From the human T2T-CHM13v2.0 reference genome, Homo sapiens, in the NCBI RefSeq assembly GCF_009914755.1, contig NC_060932.1: DNA of 64,000 bases. One strand, written 5' to 3'. This document shows, one piece after another, positions 15,526 through 30,461 of the stretch. The translations under genes and the position numbers were made by a program. The notes under the pieces are model-generated. The model was not told where the DNA came from. It did not search any database and saw only the letters and a program-made list of their open reading frames with translations. The stretch's first letter is position 1. Every line of letters begins with the position of its first letter.

Positions 15526-16259
15526 GAGAGAAAACTACTTAAGGAAAACAAGAATCAGCTCTACTGAGGCCCCTGAGTCAGTGTGTGCTCATTGCCACTA
15601 AACTGTCACGTACTTCTGTGGCCTGAGCGGCAGGGGTTTGGTTTTCACGGTTCTTTCTAATTCTGAAGCGCTCTTCAGAACTTCATTTCAAAACAATTGT
15701 AATCCTTTTGCACATTTTGCTGCTGGCTGGGAACCAAGCCTTTTGTCTTCAGATACCTTTAGTCAGGTTTATTTTTAAAACGAAGGTTTATTTTCCCAGG
15801 AAATGCTGAGGATATTGTTAACAGCTTGGGTGGTTAAACTTTGCTTTAGAACCAGGGCATGTCATCTGTTTTCAAGCGTCTGGCTCTGCTCCGAGATTCT
15901 AGGAGCAACTGAGAGATGTCAGCTTGTTTTCTCATGTCCCAGCTAAATGTAGCCTGGCTCCATTGTCTTCTGCCTAAGCAAAGAGAACAACAAACACAAC
16001 ATAATGTGTTGGGGTGAAAGATCCTTTCCTAGATATTTTTATGTCTATCCCTTCCTAGATATATTTATATCTATATAAAAAAATCCTAGAGATTTTTAGT
16101 ACTGAAGAATTCTAGCAGATCCCTTTTAGAACCAGCATTAATTCTACTTAAATAAAATCCTGTGCTTGAATCAGTGGCCTTGGCTATCAGTTGCATTAAA
16201 ATTCAATGGGAAAATAATCTCAATTCACAGATGATGCACTTCAATAGTTAAAGAACTAC

Positions 16260-16560
<301 letters not shown>

Positions 16561-16679
16561 TAAGAACTACAAGTAACTTAGAAGCCACCAGTTAGGATTG
16601 TTTGGCCAAATTGAGAGAGCACCTGGGAATATTTGGGGCCTCTGCCTATGGAGCCTGGAAATGGGGAAACAGTTCTCTA

Positions 16680-16860
16680 TAGAGGTTCAGCACTTGGGAT
16701 CTGGGGTCAGACTGATTCGAATCCCAGCTCCACCACTTAACTGTGTGACCTGAGCAAGATAATTTAAAATTCATTGTCTGAAATAACAACAGCACCTACC
16801 TTTCAAGGTTTTATTGTGAGACTTAAATAATGTAAGTTAAGCACCTAGGATAGACCCTGA
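16680..16860 (+). mobile_element. MIR
   Basis: TTCGAATCCCAGCTCCACCACTTAACTGTGTGACCTGAGCAAG. Confidence 0.8.
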
Positions 16861-18190
16861 CCCTTAGGAGATTCTCATGAAAAGTGGCTAATTATAATAA
16901 ACACAAATTTGAATTGGGCAAAAAAACTGATATTTTTTTCTCTTCTTCTTTTCCTTCTTCGCTGCTTTTTCTCTCCCTTCCTGACCGTTCCCCACTCTTC
17001 CCACCATCCTCCTTCCCTCCCCCTCCCTCAGTCCCATTCTGCATGATCCAGAGTAAGAGGTTAGTTATTAAGGAACATCCGGTTCTTGGCATTCTATGTA
17101 GAAAAAAAAAACCCAATGGTGTTGAGGACTCTGAAGAGAATCACTGATTTCATAAAGGCTTAATGAAAGTCAACAATCAAACGAAAGCTTTTCCCCCCTG
17201 AATCATTACATTCTGTTGTTCCCGAACATCTGGGCAGAGCCAGGGACGGCCTTTGCTTGGCCCTGCTCACAACACAGCTTCTTGAGCTGCAGCTCTGTCT
17301 GTGTTTCTGCCTCATTTGGAACATAAGCCATCAGTCCAGGATTCTCTTTCTGGAGCTGCCACTAACTACGTGGGTGAGTTATTTCCCAACTTTGAACTTG
17401 AGTTTTCAAAATGGAGCAAGTCAGATGAGACTTGCTATAATTGATGAAAGTCGATAAAAATACCACTCAGATTTAATGCTTCATCGTATACTCTTCTGTG
17501 TTTCCTGCATATTCATCTCGTCTTGACAGCAAGCTCTTCAGGCAGGGGGACCAGTCACACACCATAGGAGAGAGCTTAAGATTTAGAAGTAGAGGCCTGA
17601 ATTGAAGCCCTAGTGCTGCTACCTGCTAGCCCAGGTAACCTTTAGCTAGTCACGGAACCTCTGCCTTCTGCCGCTTCCTCCACTGTAAAATGGAGCTGAT
17701 GTACCTGAGACACGAGAGGTTCTCTAAATAAGATAATCATTAAATAATTGATAAGATAATAATTAATACAATACTTGGTAGGCCTAAAACAGATGTTCAT
17801 TATTGTCATTTTTATCGTCCACGCAGCTTACTACCATGCAGTGTGCATAAATTTTTGTTGAAACCCACCTGTTTTAAGAACAAAGCTAAGACTTTTGTTA
17901 TTATTGATTTAAAAATCACTAAAGAAAAATAATGTTGGTATATAATTAAAACTGATTTCATATCCAATGCAAAACTTTTAAACACAAAAAATATGCTCTC
18001 AAAACCAGTAAAGGCTTTTAGTGATGTTTTGTAAATAATATTTAGGTTAATACTCTCCAGGTGCTCTCAGATTTATGCAGTAACAATAAATATCAAAATT
18101 AAACCTGAAATGAAATATGAATGTTTGCAGTGGGATTAATTCTGTCAGATTTTCTTTGCATAGTACATGGTTCTTCTTAAATTTGTGTAG

Positions 18191-18506
<316 letters not shown>

Positions 18507-18699
18507 AAAAATGATTTTCTAATTATAGAAATAAAGTCGGTAGTAAGTGGGTAAATGCAAAACTAGTTGTGGGAAAGTCACAAATATTTCCATATGCCTC
18601 TGATTTTCCACTTACAAAACAATTATTAGAAAACTGCCTTGAATATATAAAATATGCTGTTATTATAAGCAAATAAAATGAACATGGAACACAAGTGCA

Positions 18700-19113
18700 T
18701 GTCATGGATTCCAGAGAAACAGAAACAACAGGAGATATGAACATATGAAGAGATTTATTATAAGGAATTAGCTTACATGATTACGGACACTGAGAATTTC
18801 CAACATCTGTAGTTGGCAAGTGGAAACCCATAAGAGCTGATGGTGCACGTTCCAAAGTGAGTCTGAAGGGAGGAGAAGATTGATGTCCCAGCTTGAAGAT
18901 GTTGAGGTGGAGAGACCCCTTCTTACCCAGGCTTTTTCTTCTATTCAGGCCTTCAACTGGATTGAATGAGGGCAACCTGCTTTCCTCCGCCTACCCATTT
19001 ACATGTTAATCACATCGAAAAACACCTTCACAGACACTCCCAGAATAATGTTTAACCAAACATCTGGGCACTCTGGGGCTTACTGAAGTTAACACATAAA
19101 ATTAACCCCTGAC
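18700..19113 (-). mobile_element. MLT2-family solo LTR (ERVL)
   Basis: CCAGAGAAACAGAAAC...GATTTATTATAAGGAATT...CACATAAAATTAACC. Confidence 0.8.
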
Positions 19114-19248
19114 GCACTAGTGTAGAATATATGGGAAATGCAGGAAAGAAGTCAAAACTCCCCCAATTCTGCTACCCACAGATAACCATTATTAAGAGTT
19201 GGCACATTTTCTTTCTTGTTTCTTTTTTTAGATGTGTCACAGATCAAT

Positions 19249-19322
19249 GTTTGTTTTTTTGTTTTTTGTTTTTTTTTTTTTTTTGAGACGGAGTCTCGTT
19301 CTGTTGCCCAGGCTGGGGTGCA
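19249..19322 (-). mobile_element. Severely 5'-truncated Alu
   Basis: T-rich tail plus about 40 bp of Alu 3' end; TSD TCACAGATCAAT. Confidence 0.88.
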
Positions 19323-20966
19323 TTCACAGATCAATATTTTAATTACCCATTCTGTTTGACTAGAGATTTCATGTTGTTTCTTATTTACTTGGGAAAGTCA
19401 TGAAGATTTCTATTATGCCTCTGATTTTCCACTTATGAAACAATTATTAGAAAACCTGCCTTGAATATATATAAAAGACACGTTATTATGACCAAATAAA
19501 ATGAACACGGCCCACGATTCTGTCTCTCCTCAAGGAGAAAGAAATGTTTTTCTTTCATTTCATAAATATGGCAACCACGTTTAGAAGGTGGTGAGGAGGG
19601 TGGGTGTTCGTAATTCCTGAAAGACACCAGGAAATTCTGTCTGCCCCTCAAAGCTGATGCCCACTTTGGGGAAACATCCCCAGATGGCCAACCTGTTGCT
19701 CTTCCCCCAACCCAGCACTGAAGGTGTTAATCCCCCATCTCACCTTCTCTGTGTCCCAAGGCTGGAGATGTGAGTGACTAGGGAAACCCCCAGTAAATTA
19801 AAGGTGGTAGTCTCTCTGAGGAGGGAGAGGTAGCTTGTTCAGCTTTATAAGCCTTTTAGCTAGCATCCTTTATCACTGATTGATTTATTGGATATTTATG
19901 CAGCAGGCAGGGGGATTTGAAATATAACATAGGCGCTTCCTGAGATGTCAGTACTCTAATGTTAGTGGTCTGAACAAGGATGTAATTCATATCTGCAGGT
20001 GCTTACTCTAGTATCAAATACTTCAATAACATCATGCCTGTGGAATCCGCTGTTCCCAAGGGCCCTATGTGTATTCTGATATGCCCGTGTCTTTTCCTAT
20101 GTGTGTTTTCCTTTCTTAAGGAGCGCTCATTTCCTTCAATAGGATATGTTTTATTTCATCCCTTTTCCTGCATTTACTCATATTAATGTCACCGCGTTCA
20201 CTGGTAATAGCTGGGCCTGGATCTAACCCGCATAGCCACGTAAATACTAGCCTGAAACAGAAAGCCTGGAGTGCATTATTAAGAAATAATGGAATGGAGC
20301 AGGGTAGAAGTTAGGGAGTTCTAACTCAGTGTAGCCCAGTAAGAGGAGATAGGAGGCAAATTGTCCCAAGCACATGGTAGCCTCTCCCCAGAGCTGGCAG
20401 GGTTGGGAGACAGGAGGGAAAATTTAGGAGTTTGGATACTTCATTTCCAGCAAGGGAGTTCTTCGTTGATTGATAGAAGCATAGCACAGTCAAAACATCC
20501 TTTTGAGTTTTGTGTTTCTTTTCTTCCTCTGTCGTAGCACAGTCACTGACCATACCAACTGGCCAAAGCAGGCTTCTACATTTATGAATAAATGTTAAAA
20601 CTCCAGGGTCTGCAGGGCTGGGCGATGGAGATGACATGCTGTCTTCTGGGCAAGGTTTGCTCCCCTTTTCTCTCTTCTGGTTCTTATTTATTTATCTGGA
20701 AGATTGGTTTGTGCTGGCGAGACAGTGTTGCTTAGCAGAAGAAAACTCTGTCCTGGGCCTCTGGAGAGTTTGTTTTGTTTCATTTGCTCTCTAAGCCCCA
20801 CATTTTTCATCTGTAAAATGGAGCTAGCAATCTGCCTGCTATTTATGTCACAAGAAAGTATAGAGATAAAACATTTTTTGGACTGTTACGGGATACAGTA
20901 TATTACAAGCACATTAAAGGACATAAGGGTCGTGTTCAAAGTTAGTCACTTAGAACACAAAATGGA

Positions 20967-21119
20967 GCCTGTAATGCCAGCTATTAGGGAGGCTGAGGCA
21001 CGAGAATCGCTTGAACCTGGGAATCAGAGGTTGCAGTGAGCCGAGATTGCATCACTGCACTCCATCCTGGGCGACAGAGTGAGACTGTCTCAAAATAATA
21101 ATAATAATAATAAAATGAA
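20967..21119 (+). mobile_element. 5'-truncated AluS (right arm)
   Basis: (AAT)n tail; TSD AGAACACAAAATGGA. Confidence 0.92.
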
Positions 21120-22195
21120 AGAACACAAAATGGATGTTCCCCAGAAACTATTTACAATGTGGAATGCAGATAATTACTACATATCTCTAGTATTAATATG
21201 TGTATAGGTTCAAGGATGCTTTCATTCAAATGGTGTAGGTTCACCTGTAGCTGTTAAATTCCTATTTTATCTGCTGTTATAAATGTTGTGTAGGGGGACC
21301 CTCATCTTACTATTAAGAGCAACGACTTTGGGGTGATGTCTTAGGAGAACAGGGACATAGGCTAGGCAGCCATTCATAGGCATGGAGTGTTAATATTTCA
21401 ACTGTTTATAAGTCAGGGATAACCATTCATAGTGTGCTATATTGTAGATTATGTATAATATATGTTTATCATATTATATTATCTATGTGTGTGTGTGAGA
21501 GTGTGCGCGTGTGTATCATATAATACGATACAGGCTGTGATCCCTCGGGATTGCTGTGGGGGGGCAGTTTCCCATCTTAGACTGCTGGTTTAGAAATATT
21601 TCCTTTTTGCACGCGCTGCTGCAGTGTAAGTTGGGAAAAGACAAGTATAGACACTGTGAACTTGAGCCCTGGCAAAGAATTAGTCTTGGGATCTTGGAAA
21701 CTTTGATGAAAAAAATAATTTAAAAGGTGGAGTCTTGAAAGAACTTCAGGACAAATATTTCTTGATTGTGGGAAGACCAGCTCAGTGGAAACTTGGTTTT
21801 GCATATGTAATCTAACAATCCTTTTCTTCTTGGAAAGGATAGTTTTCAAACAAACTAGAGGTTCTAAGAAGATAAGCTGTTCTTTCTTCTTTGTAGGCAA
21901 AGTTGTATCTCCAGAGATTATTTTTTTTATTAGGGAAAATTTTTTCCTTATATATGGATTTAGATAGTCCTCTTGCCAAAACTGATAGTGGTTCTTGATA
22001 AAGCCATTCCTCAGTCCACAAATGGGGCAAGCCCAGATCACACTGATGGCGGGGGGATCCTGAGATGACCCAGACTGGGCACTCAACACTCAACCTTCGA
22101 AGCCCCACAGGAATGTTATTCCAGGTGTAGGGATGCAGCCCATCAGCAGTGTACTGGGAGTGGATTACCTGGCTCCTACAGGCAGGGGGAGATTA

Positions 22196-22547
<352 letters not shown>

Positions 22548-22864
22548 CTATGATCAATCACCCAGCAAGGGGACAGATCCACGGGTAAAAAAGGAAGATG
22601 TGAATGGTACTGGGGGGCAAAGGAGATGGGGTATCGAGGACATGAGTCTCCACGGGAAGGAGGGATGCCAGAGGTCCCTTTAGCTCCACAGGTGGGAGAG
22701 GAGATGGCCGGCCCAGTTCAACAGACTGTGAGCCCGGCTGGCTGCTGGGCGTGTAGCGATCACTGAGGACAGGTCAGCCTGGGGATTTGGAGCGCAGCTA
22801 CCTGCAGTACCTGTTCTAACTCCGTCTGTGTCGGAGCGCCCTTCTGTTATCCTCAGTGCATTAG

Positions 22865-23168
<304 letters not shown>

Positions 23169-24515
23169 AAGCATGGCTTTGATGACAGTCACCACCTGGT
23201 CTTAGCTGAGCTGGAGGCTTAAAAGACTCTATCCACACTGAAGATGAAGTATCGCAGGGGAAAGCAACCTTTCTGTCCTTACTCCTCTACTTTCAATACC
23301 ATCATGGAGATGGCAGCTTCTGTTCTAGGGAGGACAGTGGTGCCAGAGCTCCTGGAGGTCACCAACATTTAAGAGAGTGGCAGCCTAAGTAGGGGCTAAG
23401 CAGAAGTGAGACCTGGTGTGTACCTGAGGTTTGTACCAACACTGGAGCTGATGTGTCCCACGTCACTCAGCTGTGCTCTAGGGAAGGACGCCCATCATCT
23501 AGCCACCCTCTCCACCCTGCCACTATGTCAGAGAGGCTACCAAAGCCAGGGATGTTTGGGTCATCTTTGTTGCTCTGCTCACAGCCTGCAAAGGGGCTCC
23601 ATTTGTCCCCAATCCAGAGGTCAAGACTCCTGAGCATGGCTCACAGGGCCGAGCATAACATGTTCCTGCCTACCTCTCTCCCCAAACTAGCATTTGCACA
23701 TATCTTTTACCTGACACAGGATGTTGATTGTACCTGGAACATGGCAGGCTCTTGCACCCCAAGTTGCTTGCACTTCATCCTTACTAATCTTTTTTTTCAA
23801 TTCCTGGCTGCAATCTCTTTTGTCACCTGGCCATGGGACACTGTTCCTTCCTTCAGGACCACTGCTGTGCTGTCTGCTTCCTGCTGCCACACCCTGCCCC
23901 TGCCGGCAGCCAGCCTCTAAGTTGTCCATCAGGTCTTGCATTAGATGCCACGTACCCCAGGAAGCTGTCTCTGATGCTGTCTTTCCCCCGGCAATGCAGC
24001 CTGAGGTCCTTCCTATCCAAACCTCCTTCCCCTCTTCACTCTTTTCACAGATGTCAGAAGCCTCTCCCTGCCTCCTCCTGCTCCCTGTCTCTTTTACCCT
24101 TCATGGTATTTCTTGGATAAATCTCGGAAACTGCTAATTTTATCAAGGCGTCTGCCTCCTGGAGCACCAGAACTGATCTAGTTCTTTTCCACGAGGCCTT
24201 GCCGCGTTAATGAAAACATTTCCCCCAGACTCGATTCTCCCTTTCAACCTGTCCCTTTCCTCCATGGCCATCTCTCTCTTTGCCGTATCAGTGCAAGTCC
24301 ACCAACTCTTCTGCAAAAATATAGAGTTGCTTTGCACTTGTCACATGCCCTTGTAAGGGTATTCCATAGTAAAGGTGACAAATATGTATGTGTTTGGGTG
24401 TGGTATACACGGTGAGGTTAGTGTGCCTGTGTTGTCCAGGAGGAAACTGAGGTTTGGGAGGTTTAAAACCTTTTATTAATTTATCAATTTTTTGTTTCAT
24501 TTTTGTGCGTGTGTG

Positions 24516-25114
<599 letters not shown>

Positions 25115-25127
25115 GATTTATCAGCTG

Positions 25128-25280
25128 TTTTAGAGATAGGGTCTCACTGTGTTGCCCAGGCTGGAGTGCAGTGATGCGATCACAGCTCCCTGGATCCTCA
25201 AACTCCTGGGCTCAAGCAATCCTCCCCCATCAGCCTCCCAAGTAGCTGGGACTACACACACAGGCCACCATGCTTGACTT
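25128..25280 (-). mobile_element. AluJ/FRAM monomer
   Basis: Antisense right-arm sequence. Confidence 0.85.
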
Positions 25281-25471
25281 GGCTTGGGAAGTTTCATAAT
25301 TCGAGGCTGCAACAGAACTGTTTAGAACTCAAGTCTGTTCTTACTACACTATGTTTTCCTCCAAGACACTTTCCATTTAAAAGTTAAATAATAATTTGAC
25401 TAGCAAATATTAAGGACTACGATATGACAGGAATTATGATAAGCACTGGGGATATAAAAATTAGTCCTTCT

Positions 25472-25770
<299 letters not shown>

Positions 25771-25929
25771 AAATTAGTCCTTCTGATTCACTGAGGATGT
25801 TGTAGTCTTTCTCTTCAATAAGGTGATGATCAAGTGGGATCATGTGAATAAATCGTAAAATGTGTGGTGCCAACAGTCAACGCCTAGAGGGAGGACGTGG
25901 ACAAGCTAGGGCTTTTAAGAGACTAAGGA

Positions 25930-26218
25930 GGCCGGGCGCGGTGGCTCACGCCTGTAATCCCAGCACTTTGGGAGGCCAAGGTGGGCGGATCACGAGGTCA
26001 GGAGATGGAGACCATCCTGGCTAACACGGTGAAACCCTGTCTCTACTAAAAATACAAAAAAATTATCTGGGCTTGGTGGCAGGCACCTGTACTCGCGAGG
26101 CTGAGGCAGGAGAATGGCATGAACCCCAGAGGTGGAGCTTGCGGTGAGCTGAGATGGCACCACTGCACTCCAGCCTGAGCGACAGAGTGAGACTCCGTCT
26201 CAAAAAAGAAAAAAAAAA
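25930..26218 (+). mobile_element. AluY
   Basis: Y diagnostics; TSD AAGAG(A/T)CTAAGGA. Confidence 0.93.
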
Positions 26219-26235
26219 GAGTCTAAGGAATTTGT

Positions 26236-26433
<198 letters not shown>

Positions 26434-27204
26434 TCAGAGAATTTGGGAAGAGAGAGAAAAATGAAAATTTCAGACAGGGGGATCAACTCAAGAAAAACCT
26501 TGACAGTTGGAAAGTAGCCTGGTATATTTGAGGGATCTGAGACAGAATCAGTTTCATTAGGGTTCCCTTTTGAAGTAATGGGAGGTGAGGTTGGCCAGAT
26601 AAGGGTATACCTCAAATGCCTGTAGGTAGTGAGGGAACCTTCTTAATCAAAGGAATAACAGAGAAAGTGCTGCTTCAGATAACCAAGGCCAAGGCTGAGT
26701 TTTGAATGCTGTCTGGGCTTAGCTTCCAATGACTGAGGGAGTTATTTCCCTGGATGAAGGTATGTTCTTATTTCAATTGATTCTTAAAGTACTTTTTATT
26801 AATATTTATTAAGGAGAGTTATCCAACTACTCATGAAGTTTAGGCGGTTACACTAGGGCAAGATATGTTTCCCTCATCTTCTCATCTACCACCTTCTTGA
26901 AGTCCTGGAAATCTAAGGAATGGAAGGAGGCCCTTGGTACTATACCTCAAGGCTACAAGGAAGACATACATCATCCAACATAATAGATAAAGATAACAGG
27001 AGGGTAATCTTCACTATATAAAAGGGTGATTATGTTCCAGATACTCTGCATCGGATGCAGAGAAGACTTCTTCCTGACATCAATGCCAGAGGCAGATCTA
27101 AATCTAAATCTAATCTAAAAGGTGGTGGGACCTTGGGACAGGCTTCAGACTGGGGACAGGAGGTAGGGGTTAGGGGAGAGCAAAGGCCTAATCAGATTAG
27201 GGAG

Positions 27205-27572
27205 TGTCTAGTCAATTGTCTGTTGTAACAAAATATCATAAGCTGGGTAATTTATAAAGAAAAGAAGTTTATTTAGCCTGTGATTCTAGAGGCTGGGAAG
27301 TCCAAGAGCATGGTGCTGGCATCTGGTGAGAGTCCTCCCATGGCAGAAGGCAGAAGCAAGCACATGAGACAGAGCAGGAGCACAAGGGCAGACTTGCTCT
27401 ATAACAGCCCATTCACAAGGTAATTAACCTGCTCCCGAGATAATGACATTCATCCATTCATGAAGGCTCTGATCCCAAGACCTCCCACCAGGCCCCACCT
27501 CCCAAGACTGCTGCATTGGGAATCAAGCCTCCAACACATGGATTCTGGAAGACAAACACTCAAACCATAGCA
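27205..27572 (-). mobile_element. MST-family MaLR solo LTR
   Basis: CTGGGTAATTTATAAAGAAAAGAAGTTTATT...CAAACCATAGCA. Confidence 0.85.
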
Positions 27573-27659
27573 GGGGGGAATGAAAGAGTTGAAAGAGACA
27601 GAGAGTGTGTCTAGGGGAAACGCTGTCTGGACTGTGATTTGGTCATAGGATGCATTTTG

Positions 27660-28135
27660 AGAGTTAGTATTGATGTATTAAGTCTTGCACATTTTTTTGT
27701 CAGATTTATCCCTCAGTATTTTTGTTGCTATTGTAAGTGGTATTGCTTTTACATTTCAATTTCTAATTGTTCATTGCTACTGTTTAGAAGTACAATTGAT
27801 TTTTGTGTATTAATTTTTCATTCTGAAACCTTGCCAAAATCATTTATTAAGTCTAGTATCTTTCTTGTATTTGTTTTAATAGATTTCTCACTTTGGTTCT
27901 TTTAAAAATATCTTCTATGACTCTATTAGCTTGTTCTACCTTTTCTGTAGCATCTTGAATACATGGAATACCATTATAAAAACTATTAATGTCCTTCTCT
28001 ACTGATGCTAGCATCTATGTCAGTTATGAGTCAGTTTTAATAGTCTTTTCTCCTCATTATTGGTTGTATATTTCTACTTTGCATGCCTTATAACTTTTTA
28101 TTGGATGCCAGACATTTTTGAATTTTACATTACTT
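27660..28135 (-). mobile_element. Old L1M fragments
   Basis: TTGATTTTTGTGTATTAATT...GAAACCTTGCCAAAATCATTTATT, typical antisense ORF2. Confidence 0.7.
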
Positions 28136-28145
28136 TGTGTTACAC

Positions 28146-28360
28146 CGGGCGCCTCTGCCTCCTGTACTCAAGGGATCCTCCCTCCTCAATCTCCCTAGTA
28201 GCTGGGACTACAGGCTCATGCCTGGCTTATTTTTGTATTCTTTGTAGAGACAGGTTTCACCATGTGGGCCAGGCTGGTCTTGAACTCCTGAGCTCAAGCC
28301 ATCCTCCTGCCTCAGCCTCCCAAAGTGTGGGATTACAGGTGTGAGCCACTGTGCCCAGCT
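28146..28360 (-). mobile_element. AluJ lacking its 3' end
   Basis: Antisense left arm plus part of right arm; no tail. Confidence 0.85.
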
Positions 28361-28748
28361 GAGACTGGGTAATTTATAAAGGAAGGAGGTTTAATTGGCT
28401 CATGGTTTTGCATGGAAGGAGGTTTGCATTGGCTCATGAAGCATGATGCTGGTAATTGCTTGATTTCTGGGGAGGCCTCAGGAAATTTACAAACATGGCA
28501 GAAGGTGAGTCTTACATGGCAGGAGCAGGAGCAAGAAAGAGAGTGAGGGGAAAGGTGCTACACACTTTAAAATGACCAGATCATGTGATAACTCACTATT
28601 ATGAGAACAGCACCAAGAGGTTGGTGCTAAATCATTCATGAGAACTCCACTCTCATGATTTAATCATCCCCACCAGGCCCCACCTCCAACACTGGGGATT
28701 CCAATTCGACACAAGATTTGGGTGGGGGCACAGATCCAAGCCATATCA
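28361..28748 (-). mobile_element. MSTA/MSTB MaLR LTR
   Basis: GAGACTGGGTAATTTATAAAG...CAGATCCAAGCCATATCA. Confidence 0.85.
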
Positions 28749-28759
28749 GAAGATCATTA

Positions 28760-29203
28760 TTTCTGGCCTTGTGTATGCTCTGGGTATTGTTCCCTCTAAT
28801 CCTTTTGAGTGGCTCATGTCCTAAGCTCAGGTGGTTTACTCACACAATATTCATCTGAATACTCAATGGGGACCCCCTGCAGGTCTCCAGAGTTCACTCT
28901 CTGTGCAGCTCTCACTTCTCTAGTACTCTGCCCCGTGAACTCTAACTGCTTTGGCTTTCCCAGACTTCCAGCTCCATTTCCTGAATTCAGGGGGAGGACA
29001 GGGATCTTCCTGGATTCCCCCTCCCCATGCTGAAGATCAGAAACCTTCTCCAGGCAGTAAGTTTGGGCTAACATAAGGCTCATCTCATTTGTTTTCTATC
29101 AGGCAGGCATCACCCACTCTTTGTTTTCTTGAGAATCATCACTTCATATATATAATCTGGTGTTTTGGTGTTCATGTGTGATGGTAAATCTAGTCTCTGT
29201 TAC
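28760..29203 (-). mobile_element. Old L1M 5'-region fragment
   Basis: GGGACCCCCTGCAGGTCTCCAGAGTTCACTCTCTGTGCAGCTCTC resembles the L1MC/MD 5' end. Confidence 0.55.
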
Positions 29204-29688
29204 TGTTACCAAAATGGTAGAGTTCAGTCTAGGTCATGTTGCTCACTGCACAGAAATCCAATCACTGAGACAACAAGCATTGCTAGGGAAGAAGGCTTTA
29301 ATTGGGTGCTACAGAGGAGGAGATGGCAGATCCATCTCAAACCATCTCCTTGGCCAACTAAAATCAGGGGTTTATATAGCAGGGAGGAAACATAATACAC
29401 GCAGGAAAACAAGAATTGGGGAGGGGTAAGGAAAAGGAGTCAGTCAACAGGAAGCAGGTGGTTGCTTAGGCAGTCATGAAGGACGATCTAGCGTCTCATT
29501 GTCCAGAGGCAGTGATCTGGTAAGTTTCAACTCTTTGCTACTATCTGGGAGGCCTGATGGTAGGTTTCATATGAAAGGAACTCAGATAAGATCAATGTAA
29601 CCTTTTCAAATGTTAAGACTGGAAGGGTCAATTTCTGTTTGTTCAAGAGAAACCATAAGCATCAGTTCTATGGGACAATTGGGCTGGT
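29204..29688 (-). mobile_element. Solo LTR, LTR47-like (second subfamily)
   Basis: Collinear homology with 3515-4249; last ~4 bp and right TSD missing. Confidence 0.7.
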
Positions 29689-29689
29689 G

Positions 29690-29890
29690 GGAGTGGACAC
29701 CCGCTCTCTCAAGGGTTAGGGCTACAAAACTCCATCCACTTTCTACTGGTGACAACTAGTTGTATGGTTCCACTTGGATACAATGGGGGTGAGGAGATGT
29801 TCTTGGCTGAACAGTTACTTCTCAGCAATAACTCTGCACTAGAGGAGGGGAAGCATGAATTTTAGTGGCCAGCTAGCTGTCTCTGCTACA
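29690..29890 (-). mobile_element. Old MLT1 (K/L-like) LTR fragment
   Basis: GAAGCATGAATTTTAGTGGCCAGCTAGCTGTCTCTGCTACA end. Confidence 0.6.
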
Positions 29891-29894
29891 GTGT

Positions 29895-30194
29895 TCTTTT
29901 GTATTGTTTTGTTTTGTTTTGAGATGGAGTCTCGCTCTGTCCCCAGTCTGGAGTGCGGTGGCACAATCTTGGCTCACTGCAACCTCTGCCTCCTGAGTTC
30001 AAGAGATTCTTCTGCCTCAGTAGCTGGGACTACAGGTGTGCACCACCACATCCAGCTGATTTTTTTGTATTTTTAGTAGAGACGGGGTTTCACCATATTG
30101 CCCAGGCTGTTCTCGAACTCCTGACCTCAAGTGATTTGCCTACCTCGGCCTCCCAAAGTGCTGGGATTACAGGTGTGAGCCACCGCACCCAGCC
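29895..30194 (-). mobile_element. AluS
   Basis: TSD TGCTACAGTGT. Confidence 0.93.
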
Positions 30195-30355
30195 ATGCTA
30201 CAGTGTCCTTATCCTTATCTTACAGATGAGCAAACTGGGGCACAGTAGAGTAAAAAGAAGCTCAACTGAGAAAAATTAGCATAGTGATGGTCACAGGCGA
30301 ATGTGCATTTGCAGCTCCTACAGGCTTTAACCTCCTAACTCATTTTTCTGTTTAG

Positions 30356-30461
30356 GAGATTCTGAAAGCCATAAAATCAGTTGACCTCACTGACTGTTAG
30401 AGCCAGGAGTGCTGATTGTGAAAACAGTTATCTCAATATTCCACGTGGAATTGCATATGCG
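30356..30461 (+). other. Candidate non-coding internal exon (106 nt)
   Basis: Branch point CCTAAC, tract TCATTTTTCTGTTTAG|G, donor GCG|GTAAGA; stops in all three frames; no transcript evidence available. Confidence 0.35.

Noticed and set aside
16021-16072. 26-bp imperfect tandem duplication
   Set aside because: Real (3 mismatches) but ordinary AT-rich slippage with no further signal.
21577-22089. 170-aa minus-strand ORF in unique DNA
   Set aside because: GTG start with the first ATG past the midpoint, no recognisable motif, and K/I/F bias that reflects A/T runs. Not supportable without expression data.
23453-24137. Overlapping 155-aa and 138-aa ORFs
   Set aside because: They overlap pyrimidine-rich L2-like relic sequence; no domain or exon structure.
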